Assembly: GCA_002729175.1 (NCBI GenBank)
Contig: PBTS01000019.1
Coordinates: 23,692-34,065, forward strand
Direction: 5' to 3'
Length of the DNA: 10,374 nt
Source: Fidelibacterota bacterium
GTDB taxonomy: Bacteria > Fidelibacterota > Marinisomatia > Marinisomatales > S15-B10
In this document: piece by piece, positions 7,852 to 10,374 of the stretch
How positions within the stretch are numbered: the first letter of the stretch is position 1
Layout of the letters: every line of letters begins with the position of its first letter
Translations under genes and position numbers: made by a program
The notes under the pieces: model-generated
What the model was told of the DNA's origin: nothing
What the model saw: the letters and a program-made list of their open reading frames with translations, nothing else
The model's database searches: none

Positions 7852-7884
7852 CTTTTCACCCCAGAAAATTAATAAAAACCTAAT

Positions 7885-9528
7885 TTAATCCCTTACGAGG
7901 TCCAGTGGTTTACCGTCCACGTTTTCTGGAATTTCAAGATTCAGTAATCTGCCAATGGTTGGAGCAAAATCAACAGTCCTGACTTTATCTTTTACATAAG
8001 TTGGTTTCAGATTGTAACCTGCAAATACCATAGGTACATGTCTATCCCACTTGTAGGGGGAACCATGGGTAGCACCGGAGGAAGTTTTCGATATCCAATG
8101 AGGTTTTGGTATTACATGAAGATCTCCACTCTTATCCGGATGAAAACTATTTTTGTAGAGGCGTTCCAATTCAGTCAAATTATCTTCCGATTCCAACTTT
8201 GAACGAACAATAACACCGTCCACCCAATCCAGTTTCTTGACATAGGGAATAACAACGGAATCAATATCCTTGCGTGACAACCCTTTCGCTGTCATTAGAT
8301 AATGACTATAAAAGATAGCTCCAGCTGAAAAAGCTTCTATGTAGCTACCCATTCCGAATTCCCGGGATAATTCATTATTTAATTTTAGTAAATCTCTTCT
8401 CTTCTTACTTCCGTAGCGCCCCCCTCCAAGACCAAGTTCTTTGGCGTATTCAGGAAGATAACCTGAACCGTGATCTGAAGTAAACGCCACAAGAACATGT
8501 TCCATTCCAATAATTCCATCTAAAAAATTAAAAAAATCCTCCAGGTAGGCGTCCAACACCAGAAACATTTCCATGACCTCCTGACTATGAGGACCAAAGC
8601 TATGCCCTACAGCATCACTCATGGAGAGACCTATGTTCAGTAAATCAGTTGAATTATCTTCACCTAAGGATTCTTTATCAACAATAACTTTTGCTAAATC
8701 AAGTAATACTTCGTCTAAAAATGGGAAATTCCATAAATCTTCGTAAGTGGGCCCTTTCCCTTTATCAGGCTTCTGTAAAGTGTGTGGAAAAGTTCTTCCA
8801 TTAAATTTCTTTAACATTTCCTCTCCAGGGTAATCGTCTTTACGGCAACGCTTATCGTACTGTGACAAGTCCTTAATTGAACGTTTCCACTCAGTACCAA
8901 AATATTTGTCAAGAGGTTTAGACCGGTTGAATTTTTTCAACCATCTGGGATAGCGCTTCATGTAATAATCAGTAGTTATGTATTGCCCCGTTCTATTATC
9001 CAACCAGAAAACACCGTCTGGCTTTTTACCTCCCATAAAAATAGCAGACCTGTCTTTAGAAGAAATAGAATAAACTTTCGAGTCAGGAGTTTTATGTCTG
9101 ATCCAGTCGCCCAGAGCGGTAGAATTAATATTCCTATAACTATTATTCTGATTATCCGTCAAAATACCCTTAGTTTCATTATCTTGAACGCAATAAACGT
9201 ATGACCCCGTTTCCCGATCATACCAATCGTTGGATAAAATACCAGCAGGGCCAGGGTACCGGCCGGATCCTATTGAAAAATGACCAGGCCCCGTGACAGA
9301 GACAGCATGATCGTGGAAAGCTTCAGAGAAATAAACCCCATCCTCCAACAGGTATTTTAAACCCCCCGTGAATAAATCACCGAAACGATCAAAAAAATCC
9401 TCTCTCATTTGATCAACCGAAATAACAACAACGAGCTTCGGTTGAGAGATGGGTGCGGCAATCAAAAGCCTGCTGAATAATTGAATTAATAGTATGGCCT
9501 GCACGATAATATTTGACTTGGTTACCAT
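7885..9528 (-). CDS. Secreted alkaline phosphatase family protein, PafA/PhoK (SPAP)-type
   Basis: Motifs PKLVVVISVDQMR, VTGPGH (Thr nucleophile), SSKDRSAI (Lys/Arg phosphate binding), SDAVGHSFGP, TSDHG, THGSPYKWDRHVP, TVDFAPT. The N-terminus is signal-peptide-like. Start is uncertain: ATG 9528 is preferred, the ORF track uses TTG 9555. Confidence 0.9.
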   Translation of the reverse strand: MVTKSNIIVQAILLIQLFSRLLIAAPISQPKLVVVISVDQMREDFFDRFGDLFTGGLKYLLEDGVYFSEAFHDHAVSVTGPGHFSIGSGRYPGPAGILSNDWYDRETGSYVYCVQDNETKGILTDNQNNSYRNINSTALGDWIRHKTPDSKVYSISSKDRSAIFMGGKKPDGVFWLDNRTGQYITTDYYMKRYPRWLKKFNRSKPLDKYFGTEWKRSIKDLSQYDKRCRKDDYPGEEMLKKFNGRTFPHTLQKPDKGKGPTYEDLWNFPFLDEVLLDLAKVIVDKESLGEDNSTDLLNIGLSMSDAVGHSFGPHSQEVMEMFLVLDAYLEDFFNFLDGIIGMEHVLVAFTSDHGSGYLPEYAKELGLGGGRYGSKKRRDLLKLNNELSREFGMGSYIEAFSAGAIFYSHYLMTAKGLSRKDIDSVVIPYVKKLDWVDGVIVRSKLESEDNLTELERLYKNSFHPDKSGDLHVIPKPHWISKTSSGATHGSPYKWDRHVPMVFAGYNLKPTYVKDKVRTVDFAPTIGRLLNLEIPENVDGKPLDLVRD

Positions 9529-9775
9529 TAGAGAAGGTGAATATATAGCAGGCAACCCTCAACTACGAATGAGAAAAGAGCTAGTCCGACTCTTTCCTCT
9601 TTCCGCCATGAAACGGTGACTGTATATTTTCTTACGGTTACTTCTAAATCTGTGAGAGGCCATACTGAAATTGTGATTGCAGGACAATTAAGATCTTTTC
9701 ATAAAGCTCTTCAAGATAGTTTTACCAAGAATTTCTAATCAACATCTAAACTAAGAAAAGAAACGGAGCACAATT

Positions 9776-10374
9776 ATGAACATCGAACTGACAGGTCGAA
9801 AAGCTATTATATGCGGCAGTACTCAGGGAATGGGCCGTGCCGCTGCCAAAGAAATGGCCTCTCTGGGTGCTACCGTAACGCTTGTGGCAAGAAACGAAGA
9901 GTCTTTGACAATAGTACGTGATTCACTGAGCGACGGAGATCATCAAGCTGTATGTGCCGATTTTGGTGAGCCTACTGTTTTGGAAGAACGAATCAATGCC
10001 CATATGGAAAGACACGGCCCATTCCACATATTGGTGAACAATACAGGTGGTCCACCCCCAGGTGAAATCGCCGATGCCACCAGTAACGATTTTTTGGAAG
10101 CTTTTTCCAAGCATCTCCTTTGCAACCAAATAATGGTCAAGGCAGTGCTTCCCGGAATGAAGTCGGAAGAATACGGTAGGATCATTAATATCATATCAAC
10201 TTCTGTAAAACAGCCTATAGTAAACCTGGGTGTTTCCAACACCACTCGAGGCGCCGTGGCCAGCTGGGCTAAGACACTTTCAAGGGAAGTGGCGCCGTTT
10301 GGAATTACCGTAAATAATATTCTTCCCGGGACTACAAATACGGCAAGGCTCCATTCACTCTTTGCCAACATAGC
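9776..10374 (+). CDS. Short-chain dehydrogenase/reductase, atypical BKR-like subfamily (runs off the right edge)
   Basis: Not in the ORF track. SD GGAG at 9765-9768, ATG at 9776, open to the window end: MNIELTGRKAIICGSTQGMGRAAAKEMASLGATVTLVARN...HILVNNTGGPPPG...YGRIINIISTSVKQPIVNLGVSNTTRGAVASWAKTLSREVAPFGITVNNILPG... It has Rossmann GxxxGxG and NNxG motifs. Confidence 0.93.
   Translation, partial: MNIELTGRKAIICGSTQGMGRAAAKEMASLGATVTLVARNEESLTIVRDSLSDGDHQAVCADFGEPTVLEERINAHMERHGPFHILVNNTGGPPPGEIADATSNDFLEAFSKHLLCNQIMVKAVLPGMKSEEYGRIINIISTSVKQPIVNLGVSNTTRGAVASWAKTLSREVAPFGITVNNILPGTTNTARLHSLFANI

Noticed and set aside
7563..7872. ORFs 7563-7820 (-) and 7621-7872 (+)
   Set aside because: They overlap the tRNA, the promoters and smpB, and show no protein-like features.
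7204..7884. tmRNA (ssrA) expected near smpB
   Set aside because: No intergenic gap is long enough and no tmRNA-like ends are seen. The adjacent RNA gene is a normal tRNA.
1362..9528. Two alkaline-phosphatase-superfamily genes (gpmI and the PafA-like gene) in one window as a functional pair
   Set aside because: They are distant families in separate transcription units with unrelated roles, so co-occurrence is most likely chance.
9559..9663. Resemblance of the small ORF to ribosomal protein bL34 (SNRKK..SHRF)
   Set aside because: It lacks the MKRT(F/Y)QP start, the HGF motif and the RRxKGR C-terminus. The similarity is explained by basic composition.
9529..9775. Pho box, att repeat or IS ends upstream of the phosphatase
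   Set aside because: I found no convincing CTGTCAT-type 11-bp-period repeat, no copy of the tRNA 3' end and no terminal inverted repeats by eye.
9923..10371. Minus-strand ORFs of 68 and 142 aa in the ORF track
   Set aside because: They are antisense to the clear plus-strand SDR gene, which the track missed because it lacks a stop in the window.
1..10374. CRISPR array, integrase/transposase, phage or defence genes
   Set aside because: No regularly spaced repeats were seen, and nearly all sequence is explained by the listed genes.

Overview
Bacterial chromosomal window of mostly housekeeping genes. The style of the proteins suggests an FCB-group organism such as Marinimicrobia, but that is a guess. 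A long minus-strand gene run reads smpB-tyrS, trxA-trxB, then a tightly coupled block: degenerate ABC-type ATPase, HDAC-family deacetylase, gpmI, heptose-7-phosphate kinase (rfaE1/hldA), and a secreted beta-propeller protein cut off at the left edge. A tRNA-Leu(CAG) at 7768-7851 is transcribed divergently from smpB. It is followed by a convergent, AT-richer secreted PafA/PhoK-type alkaline phosphatase and a divergent atypical SDR oxidoreductase cut off at the right edge. The two edge genes and the tRNA are absent from the ORF track and were read by hand. No mobile element, CRISPR array or defence system was seen. The most unusual item is the orphan ABC ATPase, which has lost its catalytic Glu, switch His and Q-loop Gln and is translationally coupled to a deacetylase. 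Smaller points are candidate operators, a strand-specific hairpin and a basic small ORF upstream of the phosphatase.
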